In this document: positions 30,356-39,654 of the stretch, piece by piece
Position numbering within the stretch: position 1 is the stretch's first letter
Layout of the letters: each line of letters opens with the position of its first letter
Source of the DNA: an uncultured Phycisphaerales bacterium
Lineage (GTDB): Bacteria; Planctomycetota; Phycisphaerae; Tepidisphaerales; Tepidisphaeraceae
Reading direction: 5' to 3'
Assembly (NCBI GenBank): GCA_963755915.1
Contig: CAVWLP010000002.1
Coordinates: 1,920,001 to 1,984,000 of the forward strand
Length of the DNA stretch: 64,000 nt
Translations under genes and position numbers: made by a program
Notes under the pieces: model-generated
What the model was told of the DNA's origin: nothing
Databases searched by the model: none
The model's input: the letters and a program-made list of their open reading frames with translations, nothing else

Positions 30356-30397
30356 AGCATTTCGGATTAGTTTGCAGTTCGACAACAGGAGGTGGAA

Positions 30398-32797
30398 ATG
30401 CGGCGGATTATTGGGGCTGTGCTTGGCGTCGTCCTCTTTTCGCAATGGGGATTTGGCCAAGTTGAATATTCCATCACTGATCTTGGCGCAGGCCAGGCAA
30501 ATGCGATCAATTCGGGCGGACAAGTGACGGGGCAGACGGGGAACGGCGACATTCTGTTTTATTCGGATGGAACATCACAGGATCTAGGTGAGGGAGACGG
30601 GCTCGGAATCAACGATGCTGGCGAAATTGTCGGCTATTACGATTTTGTCAATCAAAGCTCCTACAACGCCTTCTCCTATGACAACGGTTCATTCACGAAA
30701 ATAGGTGGCAACGAATACGAAGCCGTCGGAATTAATGACAGTGGTCAAATCGTCGGAACAGTTAATCATGGCGCAAGTGCCTGGATCGATACGAATGGCT
30801 CCATTAATAATTTTAGCTCTGGTGCCGCCGCAGAGGCCGTCAACAATAGTGGTCAAGTTGTAGGCGGGTTGAACCTTGGACCTCCCTTTTTATATAGCAA
30901 CGGATCAATACAAGATTTAGACCCCTCCCTTCTCTCGCACAGCGGACATAGTAGCGGCGCGAACGCCATCAACGACAACGGCGAGATCGTTGGCGCGGAT
31001 GGAATTGGAAATGCCTTCACGTATTCAAATGGATCGGCGCAGCTCATTGGGCCGGGGACAGCTTACGGTGTCAATTCAAGCGGTGAAGTGGTGGGCACGA
31101 GTGGCGGGCATGGCTTCGTGTCTACATCAAGCGGTACTCCTCAAGATTTGAACACGCTAATTGCTCCAGGTTCTGGCTGGACAATTTCTTCTGCCAATGC
31201 GATAAATGGTTCCGGTCAGATCGCGGGCACAGCAACGAATACTGGTGGCCAAGCGCACGCGGTTCTTTTGACACCAACTTCAATTGTTAGCCAGGAGACA
31301 AATAAGACGCCAGCATCCCCGCTAACGACGCTTCCAGCTCCGGGAAGTTTGGAGGTGCTCGACAAGGCAACTGGGGAGTTCGTACCTTACAGCAGTACTT
31401 CGGGAACAATAGGTTATATCGATCCCAAACAGACAACTGTGGTTTTAACTCATGGATTTTCTAGCAGTCCCTCTATATGGGCCGGAAGTGACGGCTTCGC
31501 GGAAAATCTCGCCGATGCCGAGCCCATGGCAAACATTATCGCTTGGAACTGGAGCGCTACTGCCGGTTCAATTTCTGATCCTTTGACCACCCTGCCGGCG
31601 GCAACCTACAATACGCAGCAAGAAGGACTTACCCTTGGCACGGACCTTGCGCTCGTCTTAGGTACAGATTATTCAAACTCGATTCACTTCTACGGCCACA
31701 GTTTGGGAACCCTGGTAAATGCCCAAGCAATTGATACTTTTTGGAATAAAGACAATCTACACGCACCAATACAAGACACCTTGTTTGATGAGGCTGAAAT
31801 CACAAATACCGCTTCTGGCTTAATCTTATGCCAGCCGAGCAACTTCAGCGCTCTTCCTTCGCAAAGCACAGGGGCGGTTGTTGACAACTACATTTCAGCT
31901 ACTGGTGAGGTCCACGCAGGCGCGGTCAACGTCATCCTACAGCAAGGCCCGACCGAACTTGATCCGTTGGATTTTCATGGATACCCGATAACGTGGTATC
32001 AAAGCACCATCGAAAATACTTCTGCCGCCCTAACGGGCATGGGCTTTCAATTCAACGGAACTCAGGCACAACCGGGCGTTGATCCGTACAATTTTTACCA
32101 GAGCCCGTATCCATTTAGTACTTTGCAACTTAATTCAATAACTTATTCTCAAGCTCAAAATATGCTCGCTGTCCGGGATGCAGTTGAACTGACCTCGGCT
32201 TCCGTAAGGGAAGTCGGGTCACTGACCGTGGGTGAGCTCACGGGCGCGCTCCAGTACTCCGGTGGAGTCGCGGCGAATATCGTTTCGTCGGCACCGCAGA
32301 TAACCCTGCAAAAATTATTGGGTTTTTCAGCCGACGAAAGAAGTGGCGTTGCGGCAACAAGCGACAGCTTCGCTACGGAAGCGGAGTCTGCAACTCCGTC
32401 ATATGCGTGGTTGCCGATTTCAATCCCGACCGATACCGAATTTATGACACTGGATTTTCAGATGAATGGCCTTAGCCCTGAAGACTTTTTGAGCGTGGGA
32501 ATCAACGACAGCCTGTTATTCGAAATCCAGAGCCAATTTGTTACCGACGGTATGATCAACAACAGCGGGCTCCTGGATGTCTCACAATGGGCCGGCCAAG
32601 ATGTCCAACTATTTTTAGGGTTAAATGTTGCAGATAGCAACAATGTGGGCGGGTCGATCGTGGTCGACGACATCACGTTCGATACTGTGCCCGAGCCTTC
32701 TTCGAGTGCTTTGATCATGATTGCAATCGCGCCGATGATTTCGCTTCGATACTGGCGAATTAAAAGGAGAACTCTTCAGCGATGTCTGACTCTTTGA
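30398..32797 (+). CDS. PEP-CTERM protein with HAF/DUF3466-type repeats and an alpha/beta-hydrolase domain
   Basis: Signal peptide, repeated 'A.AIN.SGQ.VG', 'HAVLL', 'LTHG', 'GHSLG', terminal 'VPEPSS'+TM+basic tail; AGGAGG RBS. Confidence 0.88.
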   Translation: MRRIIGAVLGVVLFSQWGFGQVEYSITDLGAGQANAINSGGQVTGQTGNGDILFYSDGTSQDLGEGDGLGINDAGEIVGYYDFVNQSSYNAFSYDNGSFTKIGGNEYEAVGINDSGQIVGTVNHGASAWIDTNGSINNFSSGAAAEAVNNSGQVVGGLNLGPPFLYSNGSIQDLDPSLLSHSGHSSGANAINDNGEIVGADGIGNAFTYSNGSAQLIGPGTAYGVNSSGEVVGTSGGHGFVSTSSGTPQDLNTLIAPGSGWTISSANAINGSGQIAGTATNTGGQAHAVLLTPTSIVSQETNKTPASPLTTLPAPGSLEVLDKATGEFVPYSSTSGTIGYIDPKQTTVVLTHGFSSSPSIWAGSDGFAENLADAEPMANIIAWNWSATAGSISDPLTTLPAATYNTQQEGLTLGTDLALVLGTDYSNSIHFYGHSLGTLVNAQAIDTFWNKDNLHAPIQDTLFDEAEITNTASGLILCQPSNFSALPSQSTGAVVDNYISATGEVHAGAVNVILQQGPTELDPLDFHGYPITWYQSTIENTSAALTGMGFQFNGTQAQPGVDPYNFYQSPYPFSTLQLNSITYSQAQNMLAVRDAVELTSASVREVGSLTVGELTGALQYSGGVAANIVSSAPQITLQKLLGFSADERSGVAATSDSFATEAESATPSYAWLPISIPTDTEFMTLDFQMNGLSPEDFLSVGINDSLLFEIQSQFVTDGMINNSGLLDVSQWAGQDVQLFLGLNVADSNNVGGSIVVDDITFDTVPEPSSSALIMIAIAPMISLRYWRIKRRTLQRCLTL

Positions 32798-32798
32798 A

Positions 32799-33296
32799 TT
32801 ATTCCCCAGCCGTATAGTCTTTATAATGAAGGCGGCAGTAGTCGATCGCATCGGTCGAGTTTAACGCGTCGCAAGTGGCTAAATCGTCATACTGACCAGC
32901 AATTCGCGTGACGCAATCGAGAATGTCGGATGGCTGAGTCAATGACAAACAGGCGATTGGTTTATTAGCAGCGATCGCGTAGTCTGTCACACAGGACTCA
33001 TCGCTCTGCGGACAAACATCAACTGACGGATGGGCGAGAATATATTCTTGAAAACACAATTCCTGACTACTGCTTGTTGTAATTCCGTCGATGCTCCAAG
33101 GAACATATAGCGCCTTACAGATCTGTGGATTCGTGGTTTGAATGGCAGTCTCGATCAAAGCGTCGAGGTCTTTGCCATTGGTTACTGAATATCTTCCAGC
33201 GTTACGATCATTGAGAAGCAGTCCTACAGTTACAATGAGAATGACCGCTGTCGCCAATGTCAGCACAATGAATTTATTGTTCTTCCCTGTAATCAT
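32799..33296 (-). CDS. Membrane-anchored Cys-repeat hypothetical protein
   Basis: N-terminal TM helix followed by 8 Cys in C...A.....C-type helical repeats. Confidence 0.65.
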   Translation of the reverse strand: MITGKNNKFIVLTLATAVILIVTVGLLLNDRNAGRYSVTNGKDLDALIETAIQTTNPQICKALYVPWSIDGITTSSSQELCFQEYILAHPSVDVCPQSDESCVTDYAIAANKPIACLSLTQPSDILDCVTRIAGQYDDLATCDALNSTDAIDYCRLHYKDYTAGE

Positions 33297-33478
33297 GATA
33301 TGATGGTTTCCGAAGCGGGTGGGGGCAGTGGCGTCGGACGAGCGCATTTGAGGATATAGAAAAGCAGCTCAATCAAGAACGACGAGATTCAGCGCTAGCG
33401 TTGCAAGCAAAATTGCTTTTGTTCCCCCAAACTATTTTATCAAACTGGCAGGGAAATGAACATCAATAAATAACCACG

Positions 33479-34486
33479 TTAGTATATAACCTTGAACGTC
33501 GGCGAATCTTCCGGCCGCTTGTGCCGGCGATCATACAACCGCGTCGTGCTGATATTTGCATGACCGCTCCACTCCTGAACGCGGGCGATATCCGAGCCGT
33601 TCTCTAAAGCGTTAGTAATCGCTGTCGCTCTGGTCGAGTGAACGCAAAAGCCGGCTACATCAATGCCGGCCAGTTCAGCGTTACTCTTCACGACTTCATA
33701 CGCCCCGCGATAGGTGAGGGATTTTTCGAGGGTGCCCGTCACATTATTTTTCACCGGGCGGAAGAGCGCTCCGTCAACATCATCAACGTGGCTGGCTAGC
33801 TCAAGATACTCAGTAATTCGTTCCAATGCCGCCGGATGAAGCGGAATGAAGCGAATCTTGCTGCCTTTGCCGTGAATCCGCAAATGTTTTAATCCTCGCC
33901 GATCGTGAACGTCTTTAACTTTGAGCTTCACCAGCTCCTCGGCTCGGATCGCGTGATAAAGCAGCGTCGCCAGGATCGCCCGGTCTCTCTTTCCTTTGAG
34001 CGTATCGGCCGGCGGTGCGTTCAATAAGGCTCGCACCTGCGCATCGCCCAACGCCGGCGTCTTGCCTTCGTTGGCATCCGCCTTGGGCCGCTCAACGCCG
34101 TCCACCGGATTGACGTAGACTGCATTCGCCTCCGACAGCGAATCATAAAGGCTCGACAACGCGGCGAGCTTGCGGCGGATGGTCGCCGGCTGGAGCTCGC
34201 GAGCCTCAAGGCTCTTCCGGTACGCGATGACGTGAGCCCGTGTCACTTTCCTTAACTCGTCGGGCTGCTTGATTCCGGTGAACGAAATGAAGTCCTCCAC
34301 GTCGATACGGTACGCCTTCCGAGTGTTTTTATTTTCGATGTTGGCGAACCACTCCGCCTCCGGCGGCATGTCGGCGAGCTTCCAGAAGTCGAGAGGGGAG
34401 AGCGGCGCCCGATGTCGCCGGACAACCCCATGATCGCGCCGGGCGGGAAGATTCAAACCTTCATCGCTGTTTTGCCCCAAATTCAC
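33479..34486 (-). CDS. XerC/D-like tyrosine recombinase (plasmid/transposon resolvase type)
   Basis: SAM-like N-domain, 'RDRAIL...IRAEE', 'GKGSK.R', 'HSTRAT', '[14 protein letters not shown]'. Start uncertain. Confidence 0.93.
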   Translation of the reverse strand: MNLGQNSDEGLNLPARRDHGVVRRHRAPLSPLDFWKLADMPPEAEWFANIENKNTRKAYRIDVEDFISFTGIKQPDELRKVTRAHVIAYRKSLEARELQPATIRRKLAALSSLYDSLSEANAVYVNPVDGVERPKADANEGKTPALGDAQVRALLNAPPADTLKGKRDRAILATLLYHAIRAEELVKLKVKDVHDRRGLKHLRIHGKGSKIRFIPLHPAALERITEYLELASHVDDVDGALFRPVKNNVTGTLEKSLTYRGAYEVVKSNAELAGIDVAGFCVHSTRATAITNALENGSDIARVQEWSGHANISTTRLYDRRHKRPEDSPTFKVIY

Positions 34487-34497
34487 CCATCCAGTTT

Positions 34498-34525
34498 ACT
34501 ACAGATAAAATATGTTATCAACAAT
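34498..34525. other. Putative tyrosine-recombinase core (dif/res-like) site
   Basis: ACTACAGATAA-AATATG-TTATCAACAAT: GATAA/TTATC inverted repeat around a 6-bp spacer, just upstream of the recombinase gene. Confidence 0.65.
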
Positions 34526-34548
34526 AAATCTGGCCTGTGGATGTCACG

Positions 34549-35586
34549 CTATTCGCGGCGCTGTGTTGCCCAGGCTGGGGGCTGTCGCAAGCCTTTAAAC
34601 TTTCCTGAGCGCTTGGGGAATTTGCTGGCGAGGGCAAGCACAAGACTACGGTACTTTGTCTCTCCCAGTTCTTGCCCTTCAGGCAACAGAGTGACGAGGC
34701 CAGGGCCATCTCGTGCAGCAAGAGGACAGCAGCGCATCAGCGATAGGAAGTCGGGATGACGGTTGTCGTGGTTCTTCAAGTCGTGAACCGCGCTGAAAAC
34801 AATCGCGGCTGCTATGTCCGCAATCTGTACACCTGGCTCTTTCGCAGAGTCCACCCAACGTATCCCATCGCCCACCAATCGGCGCATGTCGATGCCGTCG
34901 CCCGTGTCAAAGTTTTGCACGAACGGATGGTCTGACGTGTGAACTTCGTTGATTAGCATTAGCGGACGTTTGGCGCTCCAGGCCGCAAGCCATGATGGGA
35001 GCATTTTTTGGAAGATTTGTTTTTCGCGGCTACCCGGATTCTTGGTAAGGCGGTCGATGACGATATCAACTTTATGCCAGCAGTCTCGGTACGGTGGCTC
35101 GGACAAATAAGCGACCGCATGATGGACACACTCCTGGATGCACTCAGCATATAGCACCAATTTCAAGAGTTCGGTAACGCTAAGATTTTCTACCTGACGT
35201 GACAGCAACGTCAATTCATCACGCATCGACTGGTGAATACAGACGCCCGCGAAAGCTAGAAGAGGCTTCGAAAGGCGCGAGGGTAACTTGTCCGCATGTC
35301 CGGCCAAGTCGGACAAATCAACCGTTGTCGGGATGAACATCACGCCAGGTGTGCCCACGAGAACATCCGCAAAACGGGAACGACTCTCGCGCGAAATCCG
35401 AGAACCTTTCGGCTCACCGTGTTCGCGCTCGGACTTGCCAAGCGATGCCGTGAACTCGGCGTACCGATCGAAAAGCGCTTGCTCGCAAACTTCCGGCACG
35501 ATGACACCGACGACCACGCCGGCCGCATGTTCATCGCGCGTTTTTGGAATCTGGAAAGCGCCGGACTCGTCAATGAAGATTCGCAT
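34549..35586 (-). CDS. DUF3800-domain protein
   Basis: N-terminal 'IFIDESG', 'EPKG', C-terminal 'DS...PGVQIADIAA'. Confidence 0.85.
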   Translation of the reverse strand: MRIFIDESGAFQIPKTRDEHAAGVVVGVIVPEVCEQALFDRYAEFTASLGKSEREHGEPKGSRISRESRSRFADVLVGTPGVMFIPTTVDLSDLAGHADKLPSRLSKPLLAFAGVCIHQSMRDELTLLSRQVENLSVTELLKLVLYAECIQECVHHAVAYLSEPPYRDCWHKVDIVIDRLTKNPGSREKQIFQKMLPSWLAAWSAKRPLMLINEVHTSDHPFVQNFDTGDGIDMRRLVGDGIRWVDSAKEPGVQIADIAAAIVFSAVHDLKNHDNRHPDFLSLMRCCPLAARDGPGLVTLLPEGQELGETKYRSLVLALASKFPKRSGKFKGLRQPPAWATQRRE

Positions 35587-35648
35587 CGATGATTAGAGGT
35601 GCCAGATCGCGAGTTTTCTTGAGACCGAATAAAATCGGCCAGTCATTC

Positions 35649-35876
35649 TCAGTATCCCCAATTGTCCACCCTTACTTTCAAGCCCTCTGCAATCACCGGC
35701 AAAATCTCGTTACGCTGAACGGCCGCCATAATCATCTGGCGCCCGTGGTGTTGAGCCAGTTCAAGAGTGTTGCGATTGCCGTAGTGGTACTCAAAAATCG
35801 TATTCTGCATCTTCTCCAGATTTTTTCTGAGCCTCCGTTCGGCCTTCATCCTTGCGTCAAATGATGCGTTTGTCAT
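35649..35876 (-). CDS. Small hypothetical protein
   Basis: 75-aa ORF with GGAG RBS upstream of the ATG. Confidence 0.5.
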   Translation of the reverse strand: MTNASFDARMKAERRLRKNLEKMQNTIFEYHYGNRNTLELAQHHGRQMIMAAVQRNEILPVIAEGLKVRVDNWGY

Positions 35877-35925
35877 GTCGTTCTCCAGAAACCGGCGACC
35901 GAGAATTTATCCGATTTTGCCAGGC

Positions 35926-35955
35926 AGAAAAAGAAAAAAGCCGGCGGATGCCGGC
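35926..35955 (-). terminator. Rho-independent terminator
   Basis: GCCGGC-ATCC-GCCGGC stem followed by TTTTTTCTTTTTC on the minus strand, downstream of 35978..36379. Confidence 0.75.
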
Positions 35956-35977
35956 AAGTTCGGTGTAGGGTCAGAAT

Positions 35978-36379
35978 TCAACCAAAAAGCGATTGCTGAA
36001 AGACCAGGACGGGGCGAGGTTCACCTTGCCGATCGATTTCTTCCGGCGTCTCTGTCAGGGCGCCGGACGCACCCTTGACGTACTGCGAAGATCGAAGAAA
36101 CGTTTCGTATAGTGCTGCGATGTGGAACATGTCGCGAGCGATCATGCACTTCAAAGCCAGTCGCTCTCGGTCGGGGAGTCGTCCGAAAGCAGCCCTTAGT
36201 CCATCCTCTGCCGCAGCCACCTTCCCATGAATCTCGGATAATCTTTCTCTTAACTCGTTCGTCGAGCAAAGCAATTTGTCTTCCATCTCCCTCTTAACCC
36301 ATTTGCACTCCGCCTCGACCATCGATTGATTGACGCCGTACCTCGGCTCAAACCGCCGAGCAAGATTCCTTCGTGGCAT
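35978..36379 (-). CDS. Hypothetical protein
   Basis: 133-aa ORF with GGAG RBS and a downstream terminator. Confidence 0.6.
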   Translation of the reverse strand: MPRRNLARRFEPRYGVNQSMVEAECKWVKREMEDKLLCSTNELRERLSEIHGKVAAAEDGLRAAFGRLPDRERLALKCMIARDMFHIAALYETFLRSSQYVKGASGALTETPEEIDRQGEPRPVLVFQQSLFG

Positions 36380-36565
36380 GATGTTCTCCAGTAAATGGAC
36401 ACGAAAAACCTATCTCACGCTGAGACAGGCTTTGCCGCGGCCACTGCCGGAATTTCCTTGATCAGATAAGCACAGTAGCGAATTGGATGTCAACGCTTGC
36501 GCGTTTCGGGCAGGCATGGCAGTGTGATGGCAGAACCGACTTGACCCCCTACAAGGAGTTCTCAA

Positions 36566-36712
36566 ATGCCTGCACAACGATCAGCGTCCACATCGAACCG
36601 CCAGGACAACCGGCCGATTCACACGATTCGCCACCGGAGCATTAAGGCATCGATCTGGCGAAATCTCACTGCCAAGGGTCCCATGTATAACGTCACGATA
36701 GCTCGCGGGTAG
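36566..36712 (+). pseudogene. 3'-truncated small ssDNA-binding-like (PC4/YdbC-like) protein
   Basis: AAGGAG RBS; MPAQRSASTSNRQDNRPIHTIRHRSIKASIWRNLTAKGPMYNVTIARG*, resembling a common planctomycete mobile-element protein but stopping mid-domain. Family assignment is from recall. Confidence 0.55.
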
Positions 36713-37302
36713 CTCAAGCTGACGTTCCGGCGCCGGTGACCCCACTTATTTTGGAAGCCTACGGAGAAGCGAATGATTGAACCGACAACCTTCAATACAG
36801 CCAAGGGCTCGTTCGGCACAACCTCATCGAAAAATTGGTTGGGGATATAGGTACGGTTACCTTCGCCGGCGAAGAAACCGCGAAATTGATCCGGGTCCTT
36901 GCTGTATTCGGCTCGTTCATCCCATTTCAGTTCGTAAAGCCCGGAAACGGCAGATTGGCCAGCACGTTTGGACTGCGGCTCGCGAACACATCGAATGAAA
37001 TTGTATCGAATGGCCTCCGCGAGAGAGCTCTTTATCATATCGCGGTTGATGCCTGCCGCTTCAAAGTCGCGCCACGACACGGCGTGCCGTTCTGCCTGGG
37101 GATTCCCGTTTTCGTCACACCAACCGAGAGTTTTGCGGATGAGCATCGCCACCAGTCGGACAACCCCACGAGAGGAGTAGGGGAGGCAGACATCGAAAAA
37201 CTGGTTGGGGGTATATACCGCGTTTGAAGTCAGCGGCTTAAAACCCGGAAACGGCTGGCGATTTATTCGAGTTTTTTCCTTTTTGTGTTGAAGGTCTGGC
37301 AT
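36710..37302 (-). pseudogene. 3'-truncated replication-initiator-like protein (tandem phage-O-like wHTH modules)
   Basis: Two 'Y(T/I)PNQFFD..(L/V)P......(VR/LK)(L/V)V..(L/I)IR' modules; the second breaks at 'VSLSY', where the frame runs into the antisense of 36566..36712. Confidence 0.6.
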
Positions 37303-37311
37303 GAACTGAGG

Positions 37312-37530
37312 CTATGTCGATTTGCTTTTCTTTTCGGCTGACGTTTTTCGAGGGGCGGAGAGCACGATGTAGTCACCTTTACGTTGGACATAATCGCGGA
37401 CGATAAAATTGAGCGTGATGCTTCGACTCCAACCCATTCTATGTGCCATGTCGTCGACGTAGGCCGTGACCTCACGATCAAGGGCGACGCCGGTGTAATA
37501 TTTTCCCCGCTTTGATGCTACGAATGCCAT
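37312..37530 (-). CDS. Ribbon-helix-helix (CopG-like) regulator
   Basis: 'YTGVALDREVTAYVDDMAHRMGWSRSITLNFIVRDY' beta-alpha-alpha pattern with SRS; directly upstream of the rep-like gene. Confidence 0.7.
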   Translation of the reverse strand: MAFVASKRGKYYTGVALDREVTAYVDDMAHRMGWSRSITLNFIVRDYVQRKGDYIVLSAPRKTSAEKKSKST

Positions 37531-37580
37531 GAGATGCGAATTGCTTACACTACCATTATAACATGAACTGACAGTGGGGC

Positions 37581-37589
37581 TGTGGATAA
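37581..37589 (-). promoter_or_regulatory. Perfect DnaA box (TTATCCACA)
   Basis: TGTGGATAA on + strand, ~50 bp upstream of copG-rep. Single copy; function unproven. Confidence 0.4.
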
Positions 37590-37682
37590 CGGGTTCATTG
37601 CCAGCAGAGTGATGGCACGTAACATTGCGAAAGCTGCACTTTTGGTGTTGACCCATTGGGTGATAACGGCTACGTTTTTTTT

Positions 37683-38942
37683 ATGAGGGCGGGAATACAG
37701 TTTTTACGGTGTTGCGTGGTGCCGGCGGTCGTTGGAGGCGCGTTATTGGGGACTCGCCCCACCCTGGCCAACAACACGGCCGCATATCAGGTCCTGTATT
37801 CATTTACTGGAATAAACGGCGAGGGAGCGTTCCCTCGTGCACCGCTTTTGCAGGCGGGACCCATGCTCTACGGCACGGCCCAGCTTGGCGGGATCGGAAA
37901 CCAATATGGAACAATTTTCTCTTTTGACCCCGTCACAAATGCCGAAAGCACGTTGTACGACTTCAGCGGGGGAAGTGTCGATGGCCAACGGCCTTCAGGG
38001 GCACTGATTCAGTCTGGTTCCGAGTTCTACGGGACTGCCTTAGGGGGAGGCACATCCGGGGGCGGGACGATTTTCAGTTTCGATCCGGCTACAAAGGTTG
38101 AATCGACCTTGTACTCCTTTGGGGGGTACGCGGGGGATGGTTATTCACCATCAGGGTCGCTTGTTCAATCGGGAACCGTTGCCTACGGCGTTACAAATGA
38201 GGGCGGTGCAAGCTTCGGTACCATCTATAAATTCGATATCGCAACGGCTGTCGAGACGGTTTTGTATTCCTTCAAGAACGACTCTACTGACGGAATCATG
38301 CCAGTGGGTTCTTTGGTTTTATCAAATTCGACCCTCTACGGCGTAACGAGCTATGGCATGGCCGGGCAAGCTCTGTATCAATTTGATCTCAATACAAATC
38401 AAGAAAAGGTTCTCCATTTCTTTGGCGGCACCGGTGACGGCAACAGCCCTACCGGCTCGCTGTTGCTTTCGGGTTCAAAGTTGTATGGCCTCACGGATAG
38501 TGGCGGCGAATTCGGAGATGGCTCGCTATTTCAATATAACCTTAGCACCGGTACGGAAAGCATCCTTTACTCTTTCGCCGGTGGAAACGCTGATGGGAAG
38601 TGGCCTGAAGGAGGATTAGCTCAAGTGGGGCCATTGCTTTATGGCATGACTGAATCAGGCGGTGCCTTCGCCGACGGTACTATTTTCGCATTTGACACCG
38701 AAACAAATACTGAATCAATCGTGGAATCACTTGATGGCAGCCTCGGAGATCTTGCCAACGGCTCGTTCACTGTTGCGGGCAATATGCTCTATGGGACTAC
38801 CCAATCCGGCGGCGCTGATAATAGCGGTACCATCGTAAGCCTTTCGGTTCCCGAGCCCTCGTCTTTTTTTGTTTTGCTTGGTTCAGCATTTCTGTTGCTT
38901 TATCGTACGCCGAAATGCCAAATTCTAGCTCCACAATTGTAA
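37683..38942 (+). CDS. PEP-CTERM protein with 'LYG.T..GG...GTIF...E..LYSF' tandem repeats (GloVer-type beta-propeller)
   Basis: About seven ~50-aa repeats, signal peptide, terminal 'VPEPSS'+TM. Confidence 0.9.
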   Translation: MRAGIQFLRCCVVPAVVGGALLGTRPTLANNTAAYQVLYSFTGINGEGAFPRAPLLQAGPMLYGTAQLGGIGNQYGTIFSFDPVTNAESTLYDFSGGSVDGQRPSGALIQSGSEFYGTALGGGTSGGGTIFSFDPATKVESTLYSFGGYAGDGYSPSGSLVQSGTVAYGVTNEGGASFGTIYKFDIATAVETVLYSFKNDSTDGIMPVGSLVLSNSTLYGVTSYGMAGQALYQFDLNTNQEKVLHFFGGTGDGNSPTGSLLLSGSKLYGLTDSGGEFGDGSLFQYNLSTGTESILYSFAGGNADGKWPEGGLAQVGPLLYGMTESGGAFADGTIFAFDTETNTESIVESLDGSLGDLANGSFTVAGNMLYGTTQSGGADNSGTIVSLSVPEPSSFFVLLGSAFLLLYRTPKCQILAPQL

Positions 38943-39081
38943 TATTAAGTGACACTGAGGATGTGGTAAGTCGCTCGGCCAACCAATCAGGAAAGCAATC
39001 AAGTTGGTTTTCTCAACTCACCGCCACACGGTTCGCGTAAAGCTCGTATTGTGTCTGGATCGCGACAAAGCAATTGGTGCC

Positions 39082-39201
39082 CTATTTTGAATTTCTCAGC
39101 CAGATCAGCCACCCGATGATAGCGCAAAGAATCAGCGCCACCACGAACGTCGCCCATGACGTTGCACCTGAGTAATAGTAAAACCATGCCACAACCTGCA
39201 T
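39082..39201 (-). CDS. Possible 39-aa single-pass membrane peptide
   Basis: MQVVAWFYYYSGATSWATFVVALILCAIIGWLIWLRNSK*; below the ORF-track cut-off. Confidence 0.3.
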   Translation of the reverse strand: MQVVAWFYYYSGATSWATFVVALILCAIIGWLIWLRNSK

Positions 39202-39654
39202 CCCCCCATTCTACCCTCCGCGCATGAAAAGGGGCGGGATTTTCACCCACTCCGTTACCGCGTTGCAACTGGCGATCCCATAAAAAGCCATCGCGAGGAT
39301 AATACGCGACAACAGCTAGCCCCGGCGCCTTCTCTCCGTTAGGGCCCGGAGAGTCTTAGACATTTCTGTAGCCGATTCTCCAACCACGGCGTCCAAAGCT
39401 TGAAGGGCATTGTCTCGTATTGCTGCATTGATCCACAGTAAAAAGCAGCAATTGTGTCGCGGGGTGCGCCAAAACCAGCCAAAGTGGGGCGCTCAAAACC
39501 GGCCAGTGCTGTGACGCATATACCTCATCCGTTCGAGTCCGTGCAACTTTCCGTAGAGTTATTGGTTCCGCATCAAGACGCCTGATCAGCCAGGACTCCA
39601 GCATCAGAAGATACTGGCGGGTCTGCCACGGTGTCTTCCGGAGGGGAAAGCCCT

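Noticed and set aside
32802-32809. TTCCCCAG match to the tRNA 3' end (also TCCCCAG near 52101 and 52191)
   Set aside because: 7-8 bp matches are expected by chance; no supporting context.
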